Positions 35,786-46,299 are shown, counted from the first letter of the stretch. The stretch is 64,000 nucleotides of DNA from an uncultured Clostridia bacterium (GCA_934230325.1 CAKQEP010000001.1:84739-148738); one strand, 5' to 3'. The notes: generated from the sequence alone by a model not told the origin. Numbers and translations: made by a program.

Positions 35786-38005
35786 TTATTTTTCCTCCCC
35801 GCCGTCAACGGTCTTTTTAAAGTCACAGTCTTTGTTGACGCATTTTTCCGCAGTTTTGCCTTTGTAAGTTTTTAAGACGGTAAATTCCCCGCATTTTGGG
35901 CATTTGTTGCCCGTCGGCATATCCCAACTGATAAAATCGCAATCGGGATACCCCGTGCAAGTATAAAACGGTTTGCCTTTTTTAGAAATGCGTTTGACTA
36001 TATCTTTGCCGCATTTAGGACACTTTGCGACTACTTGGTTTATGGGCTTGATATTGCTGCATTTGGGATAGTTGGGACAAGCAAGATATTTGCCGAATCG
36101 TCCCGTTTTTTCCACCATAAACGCTCCGCATTTTTCGCATTTTATGTCGGTAACTACTTGTTCGCTCGTTTTTAAACTCTTGTTGGTTTTACATTCCGGA
36201 CAAGTAAGATATTTGCCGTAACGTCCGCGCCGTATAACCATAAGCGCGCCGCAATTGTCGCACTTTACGTCGCTTTGCTCATCGGCTTCGTCGTAGTGTC
36301 CGTTGCCGTTGGCTTCTATCACTTTTTTGCGGAACGGCGCATAAAAATCCGCTATCAGTTTGTGCCAGTCCGTTTCGTTTTCCTCAACTTTGTCAAGGCG
36401 TTGCTCCATATCTGCGGTAAAATCCGCGTCCACTATGTCGTTGAAATATTTTTCAAGATACCCGACGACCGTCACGCCCAACTGTTGCGGAACTAAAACT
36501 TTGCCGTCCAACTTTACGTATTCGCGTTTGTATAAAGTGGTAAGAATGGTGGCAAAAGTGCTTGGTCTGCCGATGCCGTTGTCTTCCAAAGTTTTGATAA
36601 GCGACGCTTCCGTATATCTCGCCGGCGGCTTTGTAAATTTTTGTTCGCCTTTAAGATCCTTTAAATCGAGCGTATCGCCTTCCTCCAACGGGGGTAGTTT
36701 TTCGTCTTGCTCTTTTTCCTCCGCGCCGTCCGCAACTTTGTCCGCCATATTGTAAATTGCCAAAAAGCCGTCGAATACGGGCGTTTTTCCGCCTGCTTTA
36801 AAAGTAAATTCGCCGCTGTTTATAGTCACGTTTACGCTGTCGAATACGGCTTTTGACGCCTGACACGCCAAAAATCTGTCGTAGATAAGTTTGTACAAAC
36901 GATATTGATTGCGTGCGAGTTTGTCCTTTAAACTTTCCGGCGTCAAATCGAGATTGATGGGACGTATTGCTTCGTGAGCGTCCTGACTGCCCTTTTTGCT
37001 TTTAAAAACGTTGGGTTTTGTCGGCACATATTTTGCGCCGAATTTTTGAGCGATTACTTCGCGCGCTTTTTGCTTTGCATCGTCGGATATTCTCGTGCTG
37101 TCCGTCCTTATATACGTGACGAGAGCGATATGCCCTTGTCCTTCTATGTCAAAGCCTTCGTAAAGTTGTTGAGCGATTTTCATCACTTCCGAACTTGACA
37201 ATCCGAGTTTTTTTACGCCTTCCTGTTGCAAAGTGCTGGTCGTAAAAGGCGGCGCGGGGTATGCGTAGGTCTGTTGTTTTTTGACGGCGGACACTACAAA
37301 AGGATTTTCTCTCATGAGAGCCATCGCTTTTTGCGCGCGTTCTCCGTTTGTTATTTTTATTTTTTTGCCCGCGTACTCGCTGTACAACGCTTTGAAAGTG
37401 GCGGGTTTGCAATCTTTTTTGCTCAAAAACGCCGTAATCGTCCAGTATTCCTCGACTTTAAAGGCGTTTATTTCCCTCTCTCTGTCTACGATGATTTTGA
37501 GAGCGGCGGACTGAACGCGTCCTGCGGAGAGTTTTCCGCCGATTTTTTTGCATAATACCGGCGACAACTCATAACCGACAAGACGGTCGAGCACACGACG
37601 AGCCTGTTGCGCATTGACAAGGTTCATATTTATTTTGCTCGGTTGTTTTATTGCTTCCGTTACGGCCTTTTTGCTGATTTCGTTAAACATTATGCGGCTG
37701 TAATCGTCATTTAAGTCAAGAGCGTTTTTAAGGTGCCAACTTATCGCTTCTCCCTCTCTGTCAGGGTCGGTTGCAAGATAAACTGCGTCGGCTTTGTTGA
37801 CTTCGTTTTTTAAACGCTTTATTACGTCCTTTTTGTCCTCGTTTATTACGTAAGTAGGTTGAAAGTTGTTGTTTTTATCGATTCCCAAAGATTTTTGTGG
37901 AAGATCGCATACGTGTCCCGCAGAAGCATCCACTTTAAAACCTTCTCCGAGATATTTTCCTATTGTTTTTGCTTTTGCCGGTGACTCCACGATCACTAAC
38001 TTCAT
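35786..38005 (-). CDS. topA: DNA topoisomerase I
   Basis: 739 aa with TOPRIM LVIVESPAKAKTIGKYLG, active-site Tyr in TYIRTDS, and four C-terminal CxxC...CxxC zinc ribbons. Confidence 0.96.
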   Translation of the reverse strand: MKLVIVESPAKAKTIGKYLGEGFKVDASAGHVCDLPQKSLGIDKNNNFQPTYVINEDKKDVIKRLKNEVNKADAVYLATDPDREGEAISWHLKNALDLNDDYSRIMFNEISKKAVTEAIKQPSKINMNLVNAQQARRVLDRLVGYELSPVLCKKIGGKLSAGRVQSAALKIIVDREREINAFKVEEYWTITAFLSKKDCKPATFKALYSEYAGKKIKITNGERAQKAMALMRENPFVVSAVKKQQTYAYPAPPFTTSTLQQEGVKKLGLSSSEVMKIAQQLYEGFDIEGQGHIALVTYIRTDSTRISDDAKQKAREVIAQKFGAKYVPTKPNVFKSKKGSQDAHEAIRPINLDLTPESLKDKLARNQYRLYKLIYDRFLACQASKAVFDSVNVTINSGEFTFKAGGKTPVFDGFLAIYNMADKVADGAEEKEQDEKLPPLEEGDTLDLKDLKGEQKFTKPPARYTEASLIKTLEDNGIGRPSTFATILTTLYKREYVKLDGKVLVPQQLGVTVVGYLEKYFNDIVDADFTADMEQRLDKVEENETDWHKLIADFYAPFRKKVIEANGNGHYDEADEQSDVKCDNCGALMVIRRGRYGKYLTCPECKTNKSLKTSEQVVTDIKCEKCGAFMVEKTGRFGKYLACPNYPKCSNIKPINQVVAKCPKCGKDIVKRISKKGKPFYTCTGYPDCDFISWDMPTGNKCPKCGEFTVLKTYKGKTAEKCVNKDCDFKKTVDGGEEK

Positions 38006-39114
38006 TGTCTTATTGCCTCCGCATTAAGTTGATAAATATTTGTTCCGAATTTAAAGACTATATCGCTTAACAAAAGATTTGTCAAGGAATAATTTACTTC
38101 CGACGGCGCAAGCCCCGTCTTATTGACGATAACGTCAAAATGCAGTTGTCCGCAGTCTTTGAGCGTATCGATTATTTTTTGCTCCGTAACGTTAAACTGC
38201 ATTACCATAGGTTTTTTTGCCGGCGCGACGACGTAACGAATTTTGTAATAATCTTTAACGTCGTCAGGCGATAACGCTATTTGCGTGCGTAAATCTTTGA
38301 GAAGTCTGTTGCTCCCCCGCCCCGAAAAATTAAATACGTCGCTCGGCACGATAAATACGTCCCTACCTTGCTCCGCCGCAAAGTCAACGGTAGTAAAGGC
38401 TCCGCTTTTTTCGCCCGCTTCCGCAAGAACGACGCAATCGGACAAACCGCTTATTACTCTGTTTCTCATAGGAAATCTGTATTGCAACGGCTCGGCAGAC
38501 GGTTTAACTTCGGATACGAGCAAACCGTTTTTGGCTATTTCTTCCGCCAAAGAAGTGTTGTTTGACGGATAAATATTGTCAAACCCGCCCGCCAAAACCG
38601 CTATCGTTTTGCCGCCGAGTTCCAAAGTTTTTTTGTGCGCCGCCGTGTCAATGCCGTTTGCAAGTCCGCTGACTATACAAAAATCGTTTTTGAGTTCTGT
38701 AGCAAACCACTCGGCAACCCTTTTGCCCGATTGAGAACACTTGCGAGAGCCTACTATTGCCGCGCATTTCGCGTTGAGCAAATCGCTATCGCCTTTGCAG
38801 TACAACACCAAAGGCGGATCGGCAATTTCTCTAAGCAAACGCGGATAATTTTTGTCGGCAAAGGTCACCATTTTGGCGTTGCGTTTGTTAATAATTGACA
38901 AAACTCTGTCAAAAAACAAATCGCTTAATCCAAAAAACAGTTTATCTGCGCCTTTGTCGCCAAAAAACGAAATAACTATATCTCGATACTTTTGCGGATT
39001 TTGCCACAAATCGGTAGGACTGTCCACCCATTCCAAAAATTCGTGACACTTACGCGCCGTAGACAACTCGAGATAACTCAACACTATCAATACTTTTTGA
39101 TGATCGCTGTACAT
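38002..39114 (-). CDS. dprA: DNA-processing protein DprA (Smf)
   Basis: 370 aa with the Rossmann-like core IVGSRKCS...SGLANGIDTAAH and a C-terminal wHTH-like domain. Confidence 0.9.
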   Translation of the reverse strand: MYSDHQKVLIVLSYLELSTARKCHEFLEWVDSPTDLWQNPQKYRDIVISFFGDKGADKLFFGLSDLFFDRVLSIINKRNAKMVTFADKNYPRLLREIADPPLVLYCKGDSDLLNAKCAAIVGSRKCSQSGKRVAEWFATELKNDFCIVSGLANGIDTAAHKKTLELGGKTIAVLAGGFDNIYPSNNTSLAEEIAKNGLLVSEVKPSAEPLQYRFPMRNRVISGLSDCVVLAEAGEKSGAFTTVDFAAEQGRDVFIVPSDVFNFSGRGSNRLLKDLRTQIALSPDDVKDYYKIRYVVAPAKKPMVMQFNVTEQKIIDTLKDCGQLHFDVIVNKTGLAPSEVNYSLTNLLLSDIVFKFGTNIYQLNAEAIRQ

Positions 39115-39116
39115 AT

Positions 39117-40637
39117 CTAATTGTTTTTAAGTTTGTCGCTGCTCCTGTACTGCAACGCTTCCGCTATGTGTACGGGTAAAATATCCGACTTTCCGTCGAG
39201 GTCGGCTATCGTGCGCGCGACTTTGAGAATTCTGTTGTATGCTCTTGCCGTCAGATTTAATTTTATAAAACTTTCTTCCAACAGCGCTTGACTTTTTTGG
39301 TCGATTTTGCAGTATTTTTTGATTAAAGGTACGCTCATCTGCGCGTTGCAGAATATTTTATCGTTTTTGTACCTCTCGGTTTGTATGTATCGAGCGGCGT
39401 CGACGCGTTCTTTTACCGTCGCGCTGCTTTCGGCATATCCGTCTTCCTGCAAATCTTTGTAGGGCAAACTGTCCACGTCGATATTTATGTCGATACGGTC
39501 AAGCAAAGGACCTGACAATTTTGACATATACTTTTGTATTTGACCTATAGAACAAGTACACGCTCTCGTTTGACTTCCGTAATAACCGCAAGGGCAAGGG
39601 TTCATACTTGCAACAAGCATAAAGTTTGCGGGATAAGAAACGGTAAGCGCGGCTCTCGATACGGTGATAACTTTGTCTTCCAACGGTTGTCTGAGAGTTT
39701 CGAGCAAGTTGCGCGGATACTCCGGCAACTCGTCCAAAAACAAAACGCCGTTGTGAGCCATGCTTATTTCTCCCGGTTTTGCTTTTTGCCCGCCGCCCGT
39801 CAAAGAAATCATCGACGCCGTATGGTGCGGAGTTCGGAAAGGTCTTTTAAAGACAAATCCGTCGAGTTTTCCCGCTACGGAGTATATTTTTGCAATCTCC
39901 AACGCCTCTTCAAAAGTAAGGTCGGGCATTATCGTCGGCACGGCTTTTGCAAGCATCGTTTTGCCCGCGCCCGGCGGACCTATCATAAGTATATTGTGTC
40001 CGCCCGCAACGGCTATTTCTAACGCGCGCTTTGCGAAAAACTGCCCCTTTATATGTTTCATATCGTGCGGACTGTCCGTTCCGCTGTCGGGCTGCCACTT
40101 TTGAGCGGGCAACGTCAACATCGGCAGACAACCGTCCAACTCGCGAACGACTTCTTCCAAACTGTCGGCAAGATAGATGTTTAAGCCTTCTACGTATTTT
40201 GCTTCGTCGGCATTTTGACGAGGAATTATTATATTGTCGTACCCCTGCTCCTTTGCGGAAATAAGTATAGGCAATACGCCGTTTATCTTTGTGAGTTTGC
40301 CGTCCAAAGACAACTCTCCGAGATAAAAAAACTCGCGCGCCTTTTCTAATACGACCTGCTCGGTAACGCACAAAACCCCTATCGCAATGGCAAGGTCAAA
40401 TATGCTGCCTTCTTTTTTGGTGTCTGCGGGAGCGAGATTAACTACGACTTTGTTGACAGGATAATAAAAACCGCTGTTTTTTATCGCTATGCGTACGCGT
40501 TCTCTGCTCTCTTTGACTGCGGTATCGGCAAGACCGACTATATCAAAAGCAGGCAATCCGCCATGTACGTCAACTTCTACGCTGACAGGATAACCGTTTA
40601 GTCCGTGCAAACCGAAACTTTTTAATTTGGCAAGCAT
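39117..40637 (-). CDS. YifB/ComM-family Mg-chelatase-like AAA+ ATPase
   Basis: 506 aa with a Lon-protease-like N-terminal domain, Walker A GPPGAGKTMLA, and the C-terminal Mg-chelatase subunit ChlI-like region. Confidence 0.9.
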   Translation of the reverse strand: MLAKLKSFGLHGLNGYPVSVEVDVHGGLPAFDIVGLADTAVKESRERVRIAIKNSGFYYPVNKVVVNLAPADTKKEGSIFDLAIAIGVLCVTEQVVLEKAREFFYLGELSLDGKLTKINGVLPILISAKEQGYDNIIIPRQNADEAKYVEGLNIYLADSLEEVVRELDGCLPMLTLPAQKWQPDSGTDSPHDMKHIKGQFFAKRALEIAVAGGHNILMIGPPGAGKTMLAKAVPTIMPDLTFEEALEIAKIYSVAGKLDGFVFKRPFRTPHHTASMISLTGGGQKAKPGEISMAHNGVLFLDELPEYPRNLLETLRQPLEDKVITVSRAALTVSYPANFMLVASMNPCPCGYYGSQTRACTCSIGQIQKYMSKLSGPLLDRIDINIDVDSLPYKDLQEDGYAESSATVKERVDAARYIQTERYKNDKIFCNAQMSVPLIKKYCKIDQKSQALLEESFIKLNLTARAYNRILKVARTIADLDGKSDILPVHIAEALQYRSSDKLKNN

Positions 40638-40666
40638 GCTTACCTCCGAAAATAAGTATTTTTTCC

Positions 40667-40693
40667 AAAAAAAAACTGCCGTTTTGCGACAGT
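40667..40693 (-). terminator. Rho-independent terminator after rplS
   Basis: Minus strand reads ACTGTCG-caaaa-CGGCAGT followed by a run of 9 T. Confidence 0.65.
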
Positions 40694-40705
40694 CTTTAAA
40701 CTTTT

Positions 40706-41050
40706 TTAATTGATGTTGCCTTTTACCTTTGCAGCCTTGCCGGTGCGCTCTTTAAGATAATAAAGTTTTGCGCGTCTTACTTTGCCGCTACGCACAACTT
40801 CTACCCTGTCGATTTTGGGACTGTGCACGGGGAACGTACGCTCTACGCCGATGCCGTTGGAAATACGACGCACGGTAAAAGTTTCGGTAAAACCGCCGTG
40901 TTTACGCGCAATAACGATGCCTTCGTAAGCCTGCACTCTTTCCTTGTTGCCTTCGATAACTTTAAAGTAAACTCTTACGGTGTCGCCAATCTTGACCTTA
41001 GGCGCGTTGGGATTGAGATTTTCCTGTTCAATTGATTTGATGATGTCCAT
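40706..41050 (-). CDS. rplS: 50S ribosomal protein L19
   Basis: I prefer ATG 41050 ([10 protein letters not shown]..., AGGAG 8 nt upstream). The ORF-track TTG at 41086 would include the SD inside the gene. Confidence 0.95.
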   Translation of the reverse strand: MDIIKSIEQENLNPNAPKVKIGDTVRVYFKVIEGNKERVQAYEGIVIARKHGGFTETFTVRRISNGIGVERTFPVHSPKIDRVEVVRSGKVRRAKLYYLKERTGKAAKVKGNIN

Positions 41051-41140
41051 TGACTTTTCTCCTTGTAAATCTAAAATATATTTCAACTAAGTGTTCTTAC
41101 ACATTAAAAATGCCATTGGAACACCCGAAGTCACTTGAAG

Positions 41141-41169
41141 ATAATAACACACCATTTAAAACTTTGCAA
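41141..41169 (-). promoter_or_regulatory. Sigma-A-type promoter of rplS
   Basis: Minus strand reads TTGCAA (41169-41164), a 17-nt spacer, then TATTAT (41146-41141), with TGt upstream of the -10 element. This leaves a leader of ~85 nt. Confidence 0.5.
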
Positions 41170-41200
41170 GCGTTTTAAATAACTTTTTGCGTGATATTTT

Positions 41201-41551
41201 TTAATTTTTGTATTCAAATGCATTTATTATATGGTTTACGTCCTTTCCGACCACCTCTATTACGTCAAAACGGCACGGAACGTCATCAAGTCCGTTTGCG
41301 GAAAGAAAGTATAAAGCGGTAAGCGCGATTTTTCGCTGCTTGTCCGCCGTGACGGACTCTGCGGGGCGTTGAAAACTTAAATCCGCTCTTGCTTTTACTT
41401 CTACAAACACCAAAACGTTTTTGTGTTTTGCTATTATGTCGATTTCGCCTAATCGACTGCGAAAATTTCTTTCAACGATTTTGTATCCGCGTTTTTTTAG
41501 ATACGTTGCGGCGACGTCTTCTCCCGCTCGCCCCGCAAATTTTGTTATCAT
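41201..41551 (-). CDS. yraN: YraN-family (UPF0102) endonuclease-like protein
   Basis: 116 aa (GEDVAATYLKKRGYKIVERNFRSRLGEIDIIA...VFVEVKAR). Confidence 0.85.
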   Translation of the reverse strand: MITKFAGRAGEDVAATYLKKRGYKIVERNFRSRLGEIDIIAKHKNVLVFVEVKARADLSFQRPAESVTADKQRKIALTALYFLSANGLDDVPCRFDVIEVVGKDVNHIINAFEYKN

Positions 41552-42195
41552 TTTGTTCCCTCAAACAAATCTATTTGCTCTTGAAAAAAGTTTTTGATAA
41601 AGGTTTTTCTGTGAATACCGCACGGTCCGAATTTTTTTAAGGCTTGTATGTGTTTTGCCGTACCGTAACCTTTGTTTTGCGCAAAACCGTAAGAAGGATA
41701 TTTTTTGTCCATATCCGTCATCAATCTGTCCCGCACAACCTTTGCGACTATACTTGCCGCACCTATCGAGTAGGAAAGATAATCGCCTTTTACAATAGAA
41801 AAAGTCGGATATTTTGTGTTGTTTAAACGTACGGCGTCGACAAAAACGACGTCGCAACAAGTTTTTAAACTTGCTATGCAATCCGTCATACATTTTTTTG
41901 TCGCGTTGAGTATGTTTAAGGCGTCAATCTCGTCGTTATCCGCCATAGAAACGGTGACTTCTGTAGCGGTATCCAAGATTTTTGAGTATAATTCTTCTCT
42001 TTTGGACGCAGACAGTTTTTTGCTGTCGGTAACGCCGTCGATTATTTTGTCTTGCGACAAAGGCATAACTACGCACGCAACGACTACGGGACCTGCAAGC
42101 GGGCCGCGCCCTACTTCGTCAATGCCCGCAATCGTTTTTTTGCCGTCCAAAACAAAGCGTTTTTCCCAAACAAGATTGTCAATTTTTTCTTTCAT
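41548..42195 (-). CDS. rnhB: Ribonuclease HII
   Basis: 215 aa with the GIDEVGRGPLAGPVV motif. Confidence 0.95.
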   Translation of the reverse strand: MKEKIDNLVWEKRFVLDGKKTIAGIDEVGRGPLAGPVVVACVVMPLSQDKIIDGVTDSKKLSASKREELYSKILDTATEVTVSMADNDEIDALNILNATKKCMTDCIASLKTCCDVVFVDAVRLNNTKYPTFSIVKGDYLSYSIGAASIVAKVVRDRLMTDMDKKYPSYGFAQNKGYGTAKHIQALKKFGPCGIHRKTFIKNFFQEQIDLFEGTK

Positions 42196-43055
42196 ATCAA
42201 AAAACCGTAGTCGGAAGGTTTTTCTAAACTTATTCGTCCGATTTTGCCGTTTTTAAACTCGTCGGTAATCATATTTGCCGCGCGCAAAGTATCGGGTTCT
42301 CCCTTTAACAGACAACCCCTGTTTATTGCGATTTTGTCAAGAAGTTTGTAGGGCGAACAATCGGCGTCTTGAGGTGACAATTTGTAGCGAGCAAACAAAA
42401 AATCGGGATAAGCGTCTTTTAACCGCTGCAACAATATCGTTGCCGCCTCTATCGCGTCGACGACGACGTCGCTTATGCTACCTACAAACAAAAGGTTTTG
42501 CGCAATCGTTTGATTTTCAAACTTGTTCCAAAGCGTACCCGGCGTATCGAGCAATTCCAACCCTTCGGCAAGTCTTATCCACTGTTTGCCTTTTGTTACG
42601 CCCGCTTTGTTGCCTACAAGCGCATTTTTTTTGCCGCTCAACGAGTTTATCAACGTGCTTTTTCCGCAATTAGGCACTCCGAGTATAATTGCGCGAGTCG
42701 GACGATAAATGCCTTTTGCCGCCCAACGTTCGATATTTTTTTTGCGTACCGAGCCAAAAGCCTCTTTTACCGTAGCCACTCCGCCCGATTTTGTAGAAAC
42801 GAGTTGAAGCGCGGTTTCGCCCTTGCTTTTAAAGTATTTAAGCCATTGCTCCGTGACTTTGGGGTCGGCAAGGTCGGCTTTGTTTAAAATAAAAACGCAA
42901 GGTTTATTTTTTAAGATTTTGTCAAAAGCAGGATTAAAACAAGAATAAGGCGCGCGCGCGTCGAGTATATACCCGACGACGTCTATCAAAGAAATATTCT
43001 CTTCTATCATTCGCAGGGCCTTTGTCATATGCCCCGGAAACCATTGAATATACAT
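42192..43055 (-). CDS. rbgA: Ribosome biogenesis GTPase A (YlqF)
   Basis: 287 aa with the circularly permuted GTPase order: FPGHMTKA, DARAP, NKADL, then GVPNCGKSTLIN. Confidence 0.9.
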   Translation of the reverse strand: MYIQWFPGHMTKALRMIEENISLIDVVGYILDARAPYSCFNPAFDKILKNKPCVFILNKADLADPKVTEQWLKYFKSKGETALQLVSTKSGGVATVKEAFGSVRKKNIERWAAKGIYRPTRAIILGVPNCGKSTLINSLSGKKNALVGNKAGVTKGKQWIRLAEGLELLDTPGTLWNKFENQTIAQNLLFVGSISDVVVDAIEAATILLQRLKDAYPDFLFARYKLSPQDADCSPYKLLDKIAINRGCLLKGEPDTLRAANMITDEFKNGKIGRISLEKPSDYGFLI

Positions 43056-43059
43056 TCGT

Positions 43060-43830
43060 TTAATCCTTTTTTGTTTGATATTTTTGTTTTTTTGCGAGTT
43101 TTTTTAATTTTTTGAGTTCTTCTTTTTCTTTTTCTATATAAAAATCTTCTATTGCGGCATTATTTAACGCAAGGTCGGGACGGTTTTGCTCCGTCAACCG
43201 TACCGAACACTCTCTGCGCCACTTAATAATATCCTTATGGTTGCCGTTAAGTAAAACTTGCGGCACTTTAAGCCCCATGTACTCCGCAGGACGGGTATAT
43301 TGAGGATACTCCAAAAGGTTGTCGGAAAAAGTTTCCTCCTCTGTAGATTGCGCGCTGCCGAGAACGCCGTCTATGTATCTGCATACGGCGTCTACAAGCA
43401 CCATAGCGGGCAGTTCTCCGCCCGTCAAAACGTAATCTCCTATAGAAATTTCTTCGTCTATATTAAGGTCAAGGGCGCGTTGGTCCACACCTTCGTAATG
43501 ACCGCAAAGCAAAGTGAGGCTTTGATACTGCGCAAGCCGTTTCACCGTTTTTGTATCGAGTTTTTTGCCCTTTGGCGACATATATATTCTGTGAGTCAAA
43601 CGACAAGGGTCTACCGCGTCAAACGCATCGCATATCGGTTGCGCCATCATAAGCATACCTGCGCCGCCGCCAAAAGCGTAATCGTCGCATTTTTTGTGTT
43701 TGTCGAGAGAATACTCGCGTATATCGACGATATTTATCTCTATCAAACCGCTGTCTTTCGCGCGACCTATTATACTGTGATTTAGCGGCGCAAACATTTC
43801 CGGAAAAAGCGTGAGAATGTTAATTTTCAT
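43060..43830 (-). CDS. trmD: tRNA (guanine37-N1)-methyltransferase with a K/E-rich C-terminal tail
   Basis: MKINILTLFPEMF N-terminus and a SPOUT core (GGELPAMVLVDAV). About 25 extra K/E-rich residues at the C-terminus. Confidence 0.95.
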   Translation of the reverse strand: MKINILTLFPEMFAPLNHSIIGRAKDSGLIEINIVDIREYSLDKHKKCDDYAFGGGAGMLMMAQPICDAFDAVDPCRLTHRIYMSPKGKKLDTKTVKRLAQYQSLTLLCGHYEGVDQRALDLNIDEEISIGDYVLTGGELPAMVLVDAVCRYIDGVLGSAQSTEEETFSDNLLEYPQYTRPAEYMGLKVPQVLLNGNHKDIIKWRRECSVRLTEQNRPDLALNNAAIEDFYIEKEKEELKKLKKLAKKQKYQTKKD

Positions 43831-44323
43831 ACATACCCACCTGTTTAAGCGTTTTTGCCGATACCGTCACGACGGCATTGTCGGCGTCGTACTTTAAATT
43901 GAGCGCATCGATAAAAGGAAACACCAACGTTTTGCCGTCATCGGTTTTTATCTCAATCACGTCTGCCGAAATGCCGTTTTGATAAATATCGGATATATTT
44001 CCGAGAGCGTTTCCTTCGTCTGTCACGGCTTTGCAACCGATTAAGTCATCGATAAAATAGGCGTTTTCTTCAATTTCTATATCGTCTTTAAAGGCAAATA
44101 CCGCTTTGTTTTTCAATAGTTCTGCGGCGTTTCTGTCTTTGACTTCCTCAAAACCGACGTACAAAAACTTTCCGTCGGTACGCATCGTTTTGACGGTATA
44201 AGGGGTTTGGTCTATATAAAACGTTTTTATACTTAAAAGAGCGCAAGCACCAAAAGAAGAAGCCATTTTGACTTCTCCTTTAATGCCTTGCGCTTTTAGT
44301 ACGGTAGCAACTTTAACTTTCAT
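43820..44323 (-). CDS. rimM: Ribosome maturation factor RimM
   Basis: 167 aa with a PRC-barrel-type organisation. Conserved rpsP-KH-rimM-trmD order. Confidence 0.85.
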   Translation of the reverse strand: MKVKVATVLKAQGIKGEVKMASSFGACALLSIKTFYIDQTPYTVKTMRTDGKFLYVGFEEVKDRNAAELLKNKAVFAFKDDIEIEENAYFIDDLIGCKAVTDEGNALGNISDIYQNGISADVIEIKTDDGKTLVFPFIDALNLKYDADNAVVTVSAKTLKQVGMYEN

Positions 44324-44329
44324 TAAAAA

Positions 44330-44593
44330 TCAATCGCGGGAACGTTTAGTAGACTTTTTTTCTCCGCCTGCAATTTCCACATTGTATTTTATACCGTTTT
44401 TTATGCCTATGGATTTGACCAAAGTACGAATAGAAGATATTACCTTGCCCTGTCTGCCGATAACTTTGCCTATATCGTTTTCCGCTACGGAAATAACGAT
44501 TTCCGTCACGTCGTCGTTTGTTGTCAAAGAAACAACGGCATCGTCTTTGTCGTCCACAAGATTTTTTACGATATACTCCAACAATTCTTTCAT
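44330..44593 (-). CDS. KH-domain RNA-binding protein (YlqC/UPF0109)
   Basis: 87 aa with the GxxG loop in VIGRQGKVISSIRTL. Located between rpsP and rimM. Confidence 0.85.
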   Translation of the reverse strand: MKELLEYIVKNLVDDKDDAVVSLTTNDDVTEIVISVAENDIGKVIGRQGKVISSIRTLVKSIGIKNGIKYNVEIAGGEKKSTKRSRD

Positions 44594-44611
44594 ATCGTGA
44601 CCGCCGAAAAG

Positions 44612-44935
44612 TTACTCTGCTTTAGGCTCTTCTTCTGCCTTTGCTTTGGGCGCGGGAGGGGCTATCTTCTTTTTGGCTACATATTTTTTAGCCTCCAAAA
44701 GTCCCTTGCTTACCAACAACGCCCTGACGGTATCGGTGGGTTGCACGCCGTTGTCGAGCCATTTTTTAGCCTTTTCCTCATTGATATTAAGGACTGCGGG
44801 CTGTGTAAGCGGATTATAAGTACCGATAAGGTCGATATATTCTCCGTCACGCGCTTTGCGGCTGTCGATAACGACGATACGATAAAAAGGTGATTTTTTG
44901 TCACCCAAACGGGTAAGTCTCATTTTTACAGACAT
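44612..44935 (-). CDS. rpsP: 30S ribosomal protein S16
   Basis: [23 protein letters not shown]-terminus, with a short K/A/E-rich tail. Confidence 0.95.
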   Translation of the reverse strand: MSVKMRLTRLGDKKSPFYRIVVIDSRKARDGEYIDLIGTYNPLTQPAVLNINEEKAKKWLDNGVQPTDTVRALLVSKGLLEAKKYVAKKKIAPPAPKAKAEEEPKAE

Positions 44936-44982
44936 TTTTTTGTTCCTCCAAGTATATATGTTTGTTTTTTTGTTTTATTTTG

Positions 44983-46299
44983 TCAAAAAGGTAATCTTGC
45001 GCCGCGTTTGCCACTGAAACGCTTCATCATATCTTTGGTTTGCTCAAATTGCTTTATGAGTTTGTTTACCGACTGAACGTCAGTGCCGCTCCCCGCCGCA
45101 ATACGGCGTCTGCGAGAATAATTAAGCAATTTGGGATTTGACCGCTCTGCAGGCGTCATAGACAAGATAATGGCTTTGTTTTTTAGCATTTCCGTTTCGT
45201 CTACGTCGCCTTCTTTAATTTTGTATTTGCTCGCGCCGGGTACCATACCGATAATATCTTTTACGTTGCCCATTTTAGAAATGCTTTCCAACTGCGCAAG
45301 ATAATCGTTGAGATCGAGCGACGAGTCTTTGAGTTTTTTTGCCATTTTGGCGGCGTCTTCTTCCGTAATGACCGATTGAGCCTTTTCTATAAGGGTAAGA
45401 ACGTCGCCCATACCGAGTATTCTGTTTGCCATTCTGTCGGGATAAAAAGGCTCTAAATCGTCTAATTTTTCTCCGACTCCGCAGAATTTTATCGGTTTGC
45501 CCGTGACTGCTCTGCACGACAAAGTTGCGCCGCCGCGCGTATCGCCGTCGAGTTTGGACACTATGACTCCCGTCAACTCCACCGTTTCGTTAAAAGTCTT
45601 TGCAACGTTTACGGCGTCTTGCCCTGTCATTGCGTCTATGACAAGCAAAGTTTCCGTTACGTCAAAAGAGTTTTTTAACTCCGTCAACTCGTCCATCAAC
45701 TGTTTGTCGATATGAAGTCTACCTGCCGTATCTATGATAACGGTGTCGTAATTGTATTTTTTTGCGTATTCTATCGCTTCTTTGGCAATTTTAACGGGTT
45801 TTGCAGTACCCATCTCAAAAAAGCCAACGCCCGCTTTGCCCGCAACTATTTTTAGTTGTTCTATTGCGGCGGGACGGTATATATCGCAAGCCGCAAGCAA
45901 CGGTTTTTTGCCTTGTTTTTTGAGATAAACGCCCAACTTGCCGCACATCGTTGTTTTGCCGCTGCCTTGCAGTCCGCACATCAAAATGACGGTGGGAAGT
46001 TTGCTGGATACTTCCAACTTGCTTTGCGTCGTACCCAACAACTCGATAAGTTTTTCGTTTACTATTTTAATTACCTGTTGACCGGGCGTAAGGCTTTTTA
46101 AAACCTTTTCCCCCACTGCTTCCTCGCTGACGTTAGCGATAAAATCTTTTGCGACGTTGAGGTTGACGTCGGCTTCTAACAAGGCAATCCTAATTTCGCG
46201 CATTGCTTGCTTTATTTCAAGCTCTGTAAGTGCGCCTTTGTTTGTGATTTTGGAAAAAACGTGATTTATTTTTTCCCCTAAAGAAGAAAAAAACGCCAT
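44983..46299 (-). CDS. ffh: Signal recognition particle protein Ffh
   Basis: 438 aa with NG-domain motifs GLQGSGKTT, DTAGR and KLDGD, and a Met-rich M domain. Confidence 0.97.
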   Translation of the reverse strand: MAFFSSLGEKINHVFSKITNKGALTELEIKQAMREIRIALLEADVNLNVAKDFIANVSEEAVGEKVLKSLTPGQQVIKIVNEKLIELLGTTQSKLEVSSKLPTVILMCGLQGSGKTTMCGKLGVYLKKQGKKPLLAACDIYRPAAIEQLKIVAGKAGVGFFEMGTAKPVKIAKEAIEYAKKYNYDTVIIDTAGRLHIDKQLMDELTELKNSFDVTETLLVIDAMTGQDAVNVAKTFNETVELTGVIVSKLDGDTRGGATLSCRAVTGKPIKFCGVGEKLDDLEPFYPDRMANRILGMGDVLTLIEKAQSVITEEDAAKMAKKLKDSSLDLNDYLAQLESISKMGNVKDIIGMVPGASKYKIKEGDVDETEMLKNKAIILSMTPAERSNPKLLNYSRRRRIAAGSGTDVQSVNKLIKQFEQTKDMMKRFSGKRGARLPF

